Below are positions 1 to 9,177 of a stretch of DNA of 64,000 bases, one piece after another. Location of the stretch: NCBI GenBank assembly GCA_963716175.1, contig OY970296.1, positions 3,296,001 through 3,360,000 on the forward strand, given 5' to 3'. This DNA comes from an uncultured Armatimonadetes bacterium. GTDB taxonomy: Bacteria; Armatimonadota; Hebobacteria; Hebobacterales; Hebobacteraceae. Numbering within the stretch: position 1 is the stretch's first letter; every line of letters starts with the position of its first letter. A program made the translations under genes and the position numbers. Under the pieces are notes generated by a model, which saw only the letters and a program-made list of their open reading frames with translations, did not search any database and had not been told where the DNA came from.

Positions 1-305
1 GCATAGGTCATGGCCAGCGCCATGGAGAGGCTGTAGGGAGAGAAGAACAGGTTGCCATCTTGCGGCCGCAAGACCTGGTAGAGGGAGAAGGCGAAGTCGG
101 TGTTGCCTGCCACCAGCGCCGCTTGGTCCGCCTTCCCAACATGGGGCGAGGCCTCGCGCGGCTGGCTCGATTCGACCTTCTCGATGGCCCCGGCCTCGCC
201 GGAGTAGGCGGCCTGGGCCGAGCCCGAGGTGGGTGACGGCCCCCGGGAGCAGCCGGCCAACAGCGACATCAGAATCAGCACCAGCAGAGCCTGTCTCATG
301 GTCAT
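1..305 (-). CDS. Serpin family lipoprotein, N-terminal part (runs off window start)
   Basis: Manual translation from ATG 305: MTMRQALLVLILMSLLAGC (lipobox)...GNTDFAFSLYQVL...GNLFFSPYSLSMALAMTY, the typical serpin N-terminal helix A/B signature. Confidence 0.88.
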   Translation of the reverse strand, partial: MTMRQALLVLILMSLLAGCSRGPSPTSGSAQAAYSGEAGAIEKVESSQPREASPHVGKADQAALVAGNTDFAFSLYQVLRPQDGNLFFSPYSLSMALAMTY

Positions 306-320
306 GCCCTCACTCTCTCT

Positions 321-348
321 TTGACGTCGTGGCCGGCCCCGGTGTTCC
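321..348 (-). promoter_or_regulatory. Putative ECF-sigma promoter for the serpin
   Basis: Minus strand reads GGAAC-N17-CGTCAA, ending 15 nt upstream of ATG 305; matches the generic ECF -35 GGAAC / -10 CGTC consensus. Confidence 0.45.
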
Positions 349-418
349 GGGACTGCAACGCTCGGCGTGAGTCGTCGACCGCGTGCTCTTTCGTTGCAGC
401 GGTCAGCCTCTGCCGTTG

Positions 419-555
419 TTGTAGGGCGGCCATGCGCCCCGGAGGAAAGGCGCAGGGGCGCATAGCCGCCGCGAGGCCGATACCCTGCCCCATTCCCACC
501 AGGCGGCGGCGATGCCTCCTGCTTCCGCGAAGCAGTCAGCATGGCCGCCCTACAA
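419..555. repeat. REP doublet (REPIN-like), GTAG type
   Basis: Perfect 17-bp inverted repeat TTGTAGGGCGGCCATGC (419-435) / GCATGGCCGCCCTACAA (539-555). Confidence 0.7.
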
Positions 556-703
556 ACTCACGCTCGTGCTCACTTCGCCCGGTGTTCCGGGACTTCGGTC
601 CCGACAGCGCTGCGCCCTCAGCTTCGCTGATAGGCAAGGAGCTCCTGCCCGCCTGAACACCCCTCCCAGGACGCAGGCATCAGCTTGTCGAATTGGCTCT
701 GCT

Positions 704-1663
704 ATGAGCGCGAGAGCAGTCTGGGGCTGCTCGCCCCTGATGCTTCTGGCCCTCCTTGCTGCGGGGCCGGCTGGCCCTGCGGCCGGCGGGCAAGCCCGCC
801 ACGCGGCCGGCGGGCAAGCCCTGCGGCCGGCCGTGGTGCAGGTCGAGACCGACATAGACGCCTTCTCCCTCGGGCCGGGCCTGAACGCCGAGCTGGCCGC
901 GCGCCAGCCCTGGACCGCCTATGAGGCCGAGCTGGCCCGTCGCCTGCGCCTGGGCAGCACTGGCACCGGGTTCTTCGTGAACGTGCGCGGCGATCTGGTC
1001 ACCAACGCACACGTGGTGCTGAGCGGGGTGCGATACCGCACGCTGCCGTTCCCGCAGAGCGAATGGGATTCGCTGACCAGCCTGCTCACTGCCATCCGCG
1101 ACGTCTGGGTCACAGTAGGGGAGGGAGAGCAGGCCCGCTGCTATGTCGCGGCGCCGGTGGCGATCGCAGAGGACCTGGACCTGGCGGTGCTGCGAGTGGC
1201 GCTCCCGCCGGGCGATGAGACCAAGTTCAGCTACCTCACGATCGGCTCCTCCGACGCGCTGCGGGCGGGACAGGCGGTCACCGTGCTCGGGTTCCCGGAG
1301 AACGAGTTCCAGGCCAGCGCGGGCGAGATCCTCTCGCTCATCTATGGCTCCCACGTGCACGAGGAGATGACCCTGGTCCGGCGCGGTTCCGGCGAGCCAG
1401 GCCAGCCTCCGGTGACGGTGAGCGGCAGCACGCCGGGCCCCGTCGTCCGCCTCCAGCACAACGCCCCCACCGGCCACGGCAGCAGTGGCAGCCCGCTGCT
1501 CGACGCCAAAAACCGGGTCATCGGGCTGGCCTACGCCACACTGGTGGCGCGCAGCCCCGATCGCGTGGTCCCGGAGCGCGACCTGAACCTGGCGATCGCC
1601 TCCGATGTGATCAAGCGCTTTCTTAAGAGCCACGCTGTTCCTTTCACCGAGGCGCCGCGATGA
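704..1663 (+). CDS. Secreted trypsin-like (S1C/HtrA-type) serine protease without PDZ domain
   Basis: Signal peptide; GTGFFV..TNAHV (His), DLAVL (Asp), GHGSSGSPL (Ser); start set at ATG 704 within ORF 512..1663. Confidence 0.85.
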   Translation: MSARAVWGCSPLMLLALLAAGPAGPAAGGQARHAAGGQALRPAVVQVETDIDAFSLGPGLNAELAARQPWTAYEAELARRLRLGSTGTGFFVNVRGDLVTNAHVVLSGVRYRTLPFPQSEWDSLTSLLTAIRDVWVTVGEGEQARCYVAAPVAIAEDLDLAVLRVALPPGDETKFSYLTIGSSDALRAGQAVTVLGFPENEFQASAGEILSLIYGSHVHEEMTLVRRGSGEPGQPPVTVSGSTPGPVVRLQHNAPTGHGSSGSPLLDAKNRVIGLAYATLVARSPDRVVPERDLNLAIASDVIKRFLKSHAVPFTEAPR

Positions 1664-2569
1664 AACGCGTGGCGCTCCTCGCTCTACTGGTGCTGGCCGC
1701 GGCGATCCCAGATGGGTGGGCGGCCGAGCCCTCCCGGTCGGGCCCTGCCCAGTCGGCGGCGCCCTACTCCTCCAGCCCCGATGTCCTCCAGGCGCGGCTG
1801 GAGGAGGATCCCTACGACTACCGGGCTCGACAGCAACTGGTGCAGGCCTACCAGGAGGCGGGCGGCCACGCCGCCGGCTACTATCAGGCGGCCTGGCTGG
1901 CCTGGCTGGCGCCCCGCCGCTACGCGCAGTCAGGTGCGAGTCTGCTTCGCGATCGGCGGGAGCGAGACCGGGCGGCAGCGGAAGGCGGGGCGCCGGCGGC
2001 CGCGGTGATCGCCGCCGGCGACGCCGCGAGATCTCTCGCCGACACCTGCCTCAATGGCGCCATCTCGGTGCAGGCCCCGCGCCTGCGGGCAGAGGTGGAG
2101 GAACTCATCTCCCGGGCCGAGCAAGCGGATGCCAGCGCGAGCCGCGCCGACCCGGTGGTGCGCGTCGCCCTCGCCCATCTCTACCTCACCCTCGACGACT
2201 GCCTGCTGCTGGAGGACACTGCGGCCAGCCGCCGCGCCCGGCCCCGCGCTGCAGAAAGCGGCCAGCCTGGCGGCCGCGGTGGCAGGCTGGCTGCCCAAGA
2301 GCCCGGCCGCGCATCGCACACTCGCGGTCGCCCGCGCCCGCCTGGCCCAGCTGGAGAACCGGGCCGAGCTCTGGGATCTGGCGATTCAGGAGTGCGAGAT
2401 GGCGCAGGCCCTGGATCCCGACGACCCCGCTCTCTCCGAGATGGTGTGGACCCTGCACCTGCGAGCCGGCCACTGGGCCGAAGCCAAGCGCTGGCAGACG
2501 GGCGGGCCGGCCACGGGGGCCGCCGGCGATGTGTCACCGAAGAAACAAGGATCCGCGCAGGGCAAGTAG
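1660..2569 (+). CDS. Secreted TPR-like helical protein (frameshift near 2250)
   Basis: Signal peptide in ORF 1660; helical repeat pattern continues in ORF 2054..2569 (AHRTLA..AQALDPDDP); ATGA overlap with the protease stop. Confidence 0.65.
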
Positions 2570-2688
2570 GGAAATCCGTCCTGCCAGCGAACCCGGAACT
2601 GGCTAGCTTTCCGCGCTGGGATTCCGCAGTGTTCCACCTGAGATTGGCCGCCGGATTCTGCCTCTTGGGCAGAAAGGGGGAGCCAGAG

Positions 2689-2922
2689 GTGGACGTACCA
2701 TGCCCAAGCTGCGGGGCGACGAACTGGCTCGAGAACCAGAGCCGGTGTCACCAGTGCAGCGCCATTCTCCGGCGCTGTAAGGACTGCAGCAACTACGACA
2801 GCCGGAAGCAGCTCTGCCGCACCACCCAGGACGAAGTTGACGCCTACGAAGCCGGACACCCCACGCTGCTATCCACCAGCACCAACTGCCTCAGCTACCG
2901 CTACGCCGCCGGAGCCACTTAG
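2689..2922 (+). CDS. Small 8-Cys putative metal-binding protein (paralogue of 14249..14485)
   Basis: GTG after GGGGGAG RBS; CPSC..CHQC..LRRCKDCSNYD..C..C; clear paralogue elsewhere in the window. Confidence 0.75.
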   Translation: MDVPCPSCGATNWLENQSRCHQCSAILRRCKDCSNYDSRKQLCRTTQDEVDAYEAGHPTLLSTSTNCLSYRYAAGAT

Positions 2923-2985
2923 CCGGAGCTGGCGATCAAGCCGACTTCAGCCTTCGCCCGCCGCGCTGGCCCGCCTCGGGCGGGG

Positions 2986-5163
2986 TCAGCCGCGCCGGGT
3001 GCGATCGACGCGCAGCACATCGCTGAGGGCGCCGATCCGGTCCATGATCCTCCCCAGGTGCTTGCGATCCTTCACCTCCAGGGTGAGATCGAAGCGCGCG
3101 GTCTTGGGCTTGCCTCCGGTTCTCACTCTGGCCTCCACGATGTTGGTGCTGGTGCCGCTGATGATGCTCGTGATATCACTCAGCAGCCCCACCCGGTCCA
3201 GCGCCTCCACCTGGATCACCACCTGGAAATAGGCCTCCGGGCTCAGCGTCCACTCCAGCGTGGCCATGCGGCCGGGCTCTTTTCGCGAGTAGTAGCTGAC
3301 ATTGGGGCAGTTCGCCCGGTGGACGGTCACTCCGCGGCCGCGGGTGATGAACCCCACGATCGGGTCACCCGGCACTGGCGCGCAGCAGCGGGAGAGCCGG
3401 AAGAGCACATCCGTCACTCCCCCCACGCTGATCGCCAGCCGTAGGCTGCCCTGCTCCTTTCGCGCCGGCCGCTTCTTCGCCTTGGCCGCGGGGGGCTCGC
3501 CCCGCAGCCGCCGCACCACTGCTTCCGGGCCCAGGTCGCCATAGCCCACGGCGGCGTACAGGTCCTCCGCCGAGCTGTAGTTCAGGCTCAGCGCCAGTTT
3601 CTCCAGGGCCTCCTCCTGCAGCACCTGCGGGGGCTGCAGCCCCAGCCGCTGGCACTCCTCCTCCAGCCGCTCCCGCCCCCGGGCGATGCTCTCCTCTCGC
3701 TGCTGCCGGCGATACCAGGTCTTGATGCGGCTCTTCGCCTGAGAGGTGGCGACGAAGGAGAGCCAGTCCAGGCTGGGCCGCGCCCCGGCCCGGGAGGAGG
3801 TGATGATCTCGGCCACATCCCCGTTCTCGAACACGTAGCTCAGGGGCACCATCCTGCCGTTGACCTTCGCCCCCACACAGGTGTTGCCCACCTCGCTGTG
3901 AATCCGGTAGGCGAAGTCCACCGAGGTCGAGCCCGCGGGAAGATCAATCACATCTCCCTTGGGGGTGAACACGAACACCTGGTCCTTGAACAGATCGAGC
4001 TTGAGCGATTCCAGCCACTCCTGCGGATCGCGCAGGTCGCTGTGCAGGTCCAGAAGCTGGCGCAGCCAGGAGAGCTTGGATTCGGTCTCCAGATCGCCGC
4101 TCGCCCCCTCCTTGTAGCGCCAGTGAGCGGCCACCCCGTACTCCGCTCTGCGGTGCATCGCCCAGGTGCGAATCTGCACCTCCAGCGGCTGCCCGTGCGG
4201 GCCCACCACCTTGGTGTGCAGCGACTGGTACATATTGGATTTCGGCTTGGCGATATAGTCGGTGAACATGTTGGGCAGCGGCAGCCAGAGGGAATGCACC
4301 ACCCCCAGCGCGGTGTAGCACTCCGGCTCCGTGTTCACCACCACCCGGATCGCTTCCAGGTCGAGAATCTGATCGAAGTCCACCGACTGCTTCTGCATCT
4401 TCTGGTAGATGCTGTAGAAGTGCTTGGGCCGCCCCTCGATCTCGGCCTTCACGCCCATCGCCTCCAGCCGCGCCCGGAGTTGAGCGATCGCGTCCTGGAT
4501 GGTGGCCACGCGCTCGGCCCGGCTGCGCGCCACCGCCCGCACGATCTCCTGGTAGGGTTCCGCCTCCAGGTGGCGCAGGGCCAGATCCTCCAGCTCCCAC
4601 TTGTAGCGCCAGATCCCCAGGCGGTGGGCGATAGGGGCGAAGATCTGCAGTGTCTCCTGGGCCACCTCCTGCCGCCGCTCCTCGGGAAGCGGCGCCAGGG
4701 TGCGCATGTTGTGCAGCCGGTCCGCGAGCTTGATCAGGATCACCCGCAGATCCTTCGCCATGGCCAGCAGCATGCGCCGCAGATTCTGCGCCTGCCGCTC
4801 CCTGCCCGTGTCGAACTGGATGCGCCGCAGCTTGGTCACCCCGTCCACCAGACCCGCGATCTCCGGACCGAACCGCGCCTGCACCTCCTCCAGGCCATGG
4901 CCGGTGTCCTCCACCACGTCGTGCAGCAGCGCTGCCGCCAGGGTGGCCTGGTCCAGCTCCAGTTCGGCCAGCACCGAGGCCACCTCCAGGGGATGGCTCA
5001 CGTAATCGTCGCCGGTGAGCCGCTTCTGCCCGGCATGGGCGGCGGCCGAGAACTCGTAGGCGCGGGTGAGCAGCTCCCGGTCCACCTCGGGGTTGTACGA
5101 GGCCACCTGGTCGAGCAGCCCCTGGATCGTCGTCGCCGCCGTTTCTCCGATTGCCCCTGCCAT
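2986..5163 (-). CDS. relA: Bifunctional (p)ppGpp synthetase/hydrolase (RelA/SpoT)
   Basis: HD motif LLHDVVED, KLADRLHNMRT, YQSLHT, EVQIRT, TGS and ACT domains. Confidence 0.96.
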   Translation of the reverse strand: MAGAIGETAATTIQGLLDQVASYNPEVDRELLTRAYEFSAAAHAGQKRLTGDDYVSHPLEVASVLAELELDQATLAAALLHDVVEDTGHGLEEVQARFGPEIAGLVDGVTKLRRIQFDTGRERQAQNLRRMLLAMAKDLRVILIKLADRLHNMRTLAPLPEERRQEVAQETLQIFAPIAHRLGIWRYKWELEDLALRHLEAEPYQEIVRAVARSRAERVATIQDAIAQLRARLEAMGVKAEIEGRPKHFYSIYQKMQKQSVDFDQILDLEAIRVVVNTEPECYTALGVVHSLWLPLPNMFTDYIAKPKSNMYQSLHTKVVGPHGQPLEVQIRTWAMHRRAEYGVAAHWRYKEGASGDLETESKLSWLRQLLDLHSDLRDPQEWLESLKLDLFKDQVFVFTPKGDVIDLPAGSTSVDFAYRIHSEVGNTCVGAKVNGRMVPLSYVFENGDVAEIITSSRAGARPSLDWLSFVATSQAKSRIKTWYRRQQREESIARGRERLEEECQRLGLQPPQVLQEEALEKLALSLNYSSAEDLYAAVGYGDLGPEAVVRRLRGEPPAAKAKKRPARKEQGSLRLAISVGGVTDVLFRLSRCCAPVPGDPIVGFITRGRGVTVHRANCPNVSYYSRKEPGRMATLEWTLSPEAYFQVVIQVEALDRVGLLSDITSIISGTSTNIVEARVRTGGKPKTARFDLTLEVKDRKHLGRIMDRIGALSDVLRVDRTRRG

Positions 5164-5165
5164 GG

Positions 5166-6945
5166 CTAGCCCGCCGCGCTCAACCGCATGTCCTCAACGT
5201 GCAGACGCACCCGCACCTCGCCGCTCCATTCGTCCAACCGCGGCCGATGGCACACCTCCACCGCTGCCCCCGCGGCGAGTTGCTCGCTCCGCGCGCCCTG
5301 GCCGAACCAGATTCCTTCCACCACCCGACCCGATTCTTCCCGCAGCCGGAGGAGAGATGCAGGCCGTTCCCCACCGGCCTCGCCTCCATCACCCGCAGAG
5401 ACCGGGTGACCAGCACCGGAGCCGGGTTGCCCATGCCGAAGGGTGCCAGCCGGTTGAGCTCGGCCACGGTCTCGGGCGAGAGTTCGTCCAGGCCGGCCTC
5501 GCTGTCCACCGCGATCTCGCGCACCAGGTCCTCCCCGGTGAGGCAGCGGTCCGCGACCTCGTTGATCCGTCCCCGCAGCTCCGGCACTCGCTCGGCGGCG
5601 AGGCCGAACCCGGCTGCATACCGGTGCCCGCCGAAGCGGGTGAGCAGAGGCGCGCACTCGCGCAGCGCCTCCCAGAGGTTGAGCGCCGCGATGCTGCGGC
5701 CCGAGCCTTTGCCCATGCCATCGCTGAGGGCGATCAGCAGCACCGGGCGATGATGGCGCTCCACCAGCCGGGAGGCGACGATCCCGATCACCCCCGGATG
5801 CCAGCCCTCGCGGGCGAGTACGATCACCTTCTCCCGGTCCAGGTCCACTTCCCGCGCCAGCAGCTCCTCCGCCTCCGTCAGGGTTTGCAGCTCCTGCTCC
5901 CGCCGCCGGTCGTTCTGCTCGCAGAGGTGGAGTGCGAGCTGCCTCGCCTCCTCCGGATCGCGCGTCAGCAGCAAGCGCACCGCGGCCTGGGCGTGCTCCA
6001 TGCGACCGGCCGCGTTGATGCGGGGCGCCAGGCCGAACGCCACTTCCCGCGCGCTGATCTCCCCGCCGCATCCGGCGGCCTGGAGCAGCGCGGTGAGGCC
6101 GAGCTTCTTGGACTTGGGAAGGCGGAGCAGGCCGTGCTGGACGAACAGCCGATTTTCCCCCAGCAGGGGCACCACATCACCCACCGTGCCCAGGCAAACC
6201 AGATCGAGGAAGCGCAGCTCCGCCCTGGCAGGCAGGCCCCGCGCCACGCCAGCGCGCTCACCAGCTTGAAGGCCACACCTACGCCGGCGAGATCCTTGAA
6301 GGGGTAGGGACAATCCTCCCGCCAGGGGTTCAACACCGCCGCCGGCGGCAGCCGCTGCCCCGAGCCTGTCGCAGGATCCGCTGCGGGCCGGTGATGGTCG
6401 GTCACCACCACCTCCAGGCCCAGCTCGCGCGCCAGCGCCACTTCCGCCACCGCGGTGCTCCCGCAGTCCACCGTGATCAGCAGCTCGACGCCGCTGCCCT
6501 TGGCTTCCCGCACCGCCTCTTCGTTCACCCCATAGCCTTCATCCAGGCGATGCGGGATGTACCAGTCCACCTTCCCGCCCAGGCCGCGCAGCGCGCGCAC
6601 CAGCAAGGCAGTGGCGCAGACCCCGTCTACGTCATAGTCGCCGTAGATACGGATGAGGCCTCCCCGCGCCAGCGCCCCCTCCACCAGGGCCACCGCCCGG
6701 TCCATGTCTTTCATCTGGCCGGGATCGCAGAGGCCTTGCAGGTCGTGGGTGAGGAACAGCCGCGCCTGCTCCGGGCTGGTCACTCCCCGGCACACCAGCG
6801 CGCGAGCGGTGAGCCTCTGTAGGGCGGGCCTCCCCGTGCCCGCCAGCGTGAGCCGGTTGACCGCCGCCTCATCGGCCGGCTTCAGGGTCCAGCGGCACCC
6901 GGTCAGGCTGCGCTTCGCCGGGCCGCCGGACAGGTCAGTCATCAC
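5166..6945 (-). CDS. recJ: ssDNA exonuclease RecJ (two frameshifts, near 6250 and 5360)
   Basis: YGDYDVDG, ITVDCG, TDHH, APRINAAGR, GSGRS, FGGH, PFGMGNP spread over ORFs 5965..6945, 5180..6313 and 5166..6071; secDF-recJ-relA synteny. Confidence 0.92.
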
Positions 6946-7879
6946 TTCCCCCGGGCTCCACGTGAATCATCACCTCCGCCTCCGGGAGCCGAGACCTGAG
7001 GTCGCGTTCCAGGTGATCGCACAGGGCATGGGCCTTGGCCACCGATTCCTCGCCTGCCACCTCCAGATGCAGGTCAATGTAGCGCTGGGAGCCGGCCTTG
7101 CGAGTGCGCAGGCGATGGTAGCTGCTGAACTCGGGGTAGTGCTCTCTCAGCAGACTCTCGATCAGGGCGATCTCTTCCTCGGGCAGGGACCGGTCAACCA
7201 AGTGGCCCCAGGATCGGCGCGTGATGTCCCAGGCCGCCCGCGTGATCACTGCCGCTACCCCCAGCGCGATGATCGGGTCCAGGACGCTCGCCCTCCTCCA
7301 GCCCAGTTGTTCGGCGCCGGTGATGATCGCCAGCCCCACCAGCACGCCCACCGAGGTCCAGACATCGGTGCGCAGGTGCCAGGCGTCGGCCTCCAGGGCC
7401 ACCGAGTCGGTCTCTCTGGCGACGCGAAAGAGCATCCGAGACACGAACACATTCACCAGGGCCGAAACGCCCATCACCACCACGCCCCAGCCGACATGCT
7501 CGATCTCAGCGTGGTGGAATATGAGGCGGTGCAGCGCGCTCCACGCGATCATCACCACTGCGACCAGGATCAGCGCGCCCTCGGCCAGGCCGGAGAGGCT
7601 CTCGAACTTGCCATGGCCGAACTGGTGGTCGGCGTCGGCCGGCGTCCGCGAGGTGCGCACCGCGAGCAGGGCCATGATGGCAGCCACCAGGTCCAGCCCG
7701 GAGTGGAGGGCTTCGGAGAGCACGCTGACCGAGCCGGTGACAATGCCGGCCGCCAGCTTGAACCCGGTCAGGCAGGCATTGGAGAGCACTGAGACGCGCG
7801 CCGCCCGCGGCTTGGCCTCGCTCGCGGTCGGGGGCGGTTCTGACACTGTTGTGGCGCTCCCTCTCGAGTGGGAAGTCAT
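6935..7879 (-). CDS. Cation diffusion facilitator (FieF-like) transporter
   Basis: EALHSGLD, HQFGHGKFE, ADAWHLRTD, HALCD, IHVEP motifs. Confidence 0.92.
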   Translation of the reverse strand: MTSHSRGSATTVSEPPPTASEAKPRAARVSVLSNACLTGFKLAAGIVTGSVSVLSEALHSGLDLVAAIMALLAVRTSRTPADADHQFGHGKFESLSGLAEGALILVAVVMIAWSALHRLIFHHAEIEHVGWGVVVMGVSALVNVFVSRMLFRVARETDSVALEADAWHLRTDVWTSVGVLVGLAIITGAEQLGWRRASVLDPIIALGVAAVITRAAWDITRRSWGHLVDRSLPEEEIALIESLLREHYPEFSSYHRLRTRKAGSQRYIDLHLEVAGEESVAKAHALCDHLERDLRSRLPEAEVMIHVEPGGSDD

Positions 7880-7915
7880 CTGGCGTTCCCCGTGCCCGCC
7901 CAGGGCGGACAAGCC

Positions 7916-9177
7916 TCAGAAACGCTTCTTGCGCTTGCGGCCGGCCTTCAGCTTCTTGCCGGCCGGCCGGGTGGCGGGCTTGCCCGCCGGCCGGGTAGTG
8001 GAGGCGCCCTGGCCTACCGGAGCTGGCGTCTCCACCAGCTCCGCCCGGCCGGCCATCGGCTCGGCCTGGGGCCGCGGCGCCTCCGGCCGCGTCGTTGCTG
8101 CTGGCGAGGCCGCCCGGGTTGGCCTCGCCGACACCGGGCGCGTGCTTCTCGCGGGGGCCGTCGCTGCCGGCCGGCCCCCCAGCGCCCGCCGTCGCGCCAG
8201 GGCCCGCTCCTCCCGGTTCTTCAGCACCACCATCAGTTGGCTGGCGTTGAAGATGGAGGAATAGGCTCCCACCGTCACGCCTACGATCAGGGCGAAGGTG
8301 AAGTCCCGCAGTGACACCCCGCCCAGCAGGTAGACCGCGACCAGCACCAGCTCCACCGTCAGCACCGTGTTCACTGATCGCGCCATGGTCTCGAGCAGGG
8401 AGATGTTCGCGGTCTGGGCGAAGGTGGCCCCCTTGCGCAGGCGCAGATTCTCCCGGATGCGGTCGAAGATGACAATGGTGTCGTGCACCGAGAACCCCAC
8501 CACGGTGAGCGCGGCCGCGACGAAGGGGCTGTTGATCTCCCGGTAAGTCATGGCGAAAACACCGATCAACACCAGCACATCGTGCACCAGCGCCACCAGC
8601 GCGCAGCTGCCCCACTGCCAGCCATGATAGCGGATCCAGACCCAGAGCAGGATGAACACCATCCCGGCCACCACAGACCAGACCGCGTTCCAGAGCAGCT
8701 CCTTGCTCACCACCGGGGTCACCATTTCGGCGGCCACGGTGCGAATGCCGGGGAAGGCCTGGTCGAGCGCGGCCTGGATCTTGGCCTGCTGTTCGGTGCG
8801 CACCTGCTCTTCGCTCTTGGTGGCCTCCCGCACGATCCGGGTGCGGACCAGGAGCTGGTCTTTGCCCATGGCGGTGCCGGCCACCTGCACCCTGGCTTCG
8901 ATGCCGGTCTTCTCAATCGCCGTTCCCGCCTTCGCCAAGGCCTCGGTCTCGCCGTCGGCGGCGAGGGGCTGAACCAGCTTATAGGTGATCAGGCCCCCAC
9001 CCTTGAAGTCGATCCCGTAGTTGAGGCCCCGCGTGGACCAGAAGGCGACCCCTGGCAGGATGATTAGCAGGGAGATGGCGAACCAGAGATTGCGCAGGTG
9101 CACCAGGTCCCACTTGCGTTCTCGAAATAGGTCTACCAACTTTCCTCTCCCAGCAGTGCGGTCTGCGCTGCGCTCAT
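7916..9177 (-). CDS. secF: Protein translocase subunit SecF (probable frameshift near 9146)
   Basis: GIDFKGG, LVHDV, GFSVHDTIVIFDRIREN, YSSIF; ATG 9177 overlaps the secD stop but is out of frame with the main ORF 7916..9208. Confidence 0.93.

Noticed and set aside
1660-2922. Single 420-aa protein with a Cys-rich C-terminus
   Set aside because: The middle part is off-frame; the Cys-rich part has its own RBS and a free-standing paralogue at 14249.
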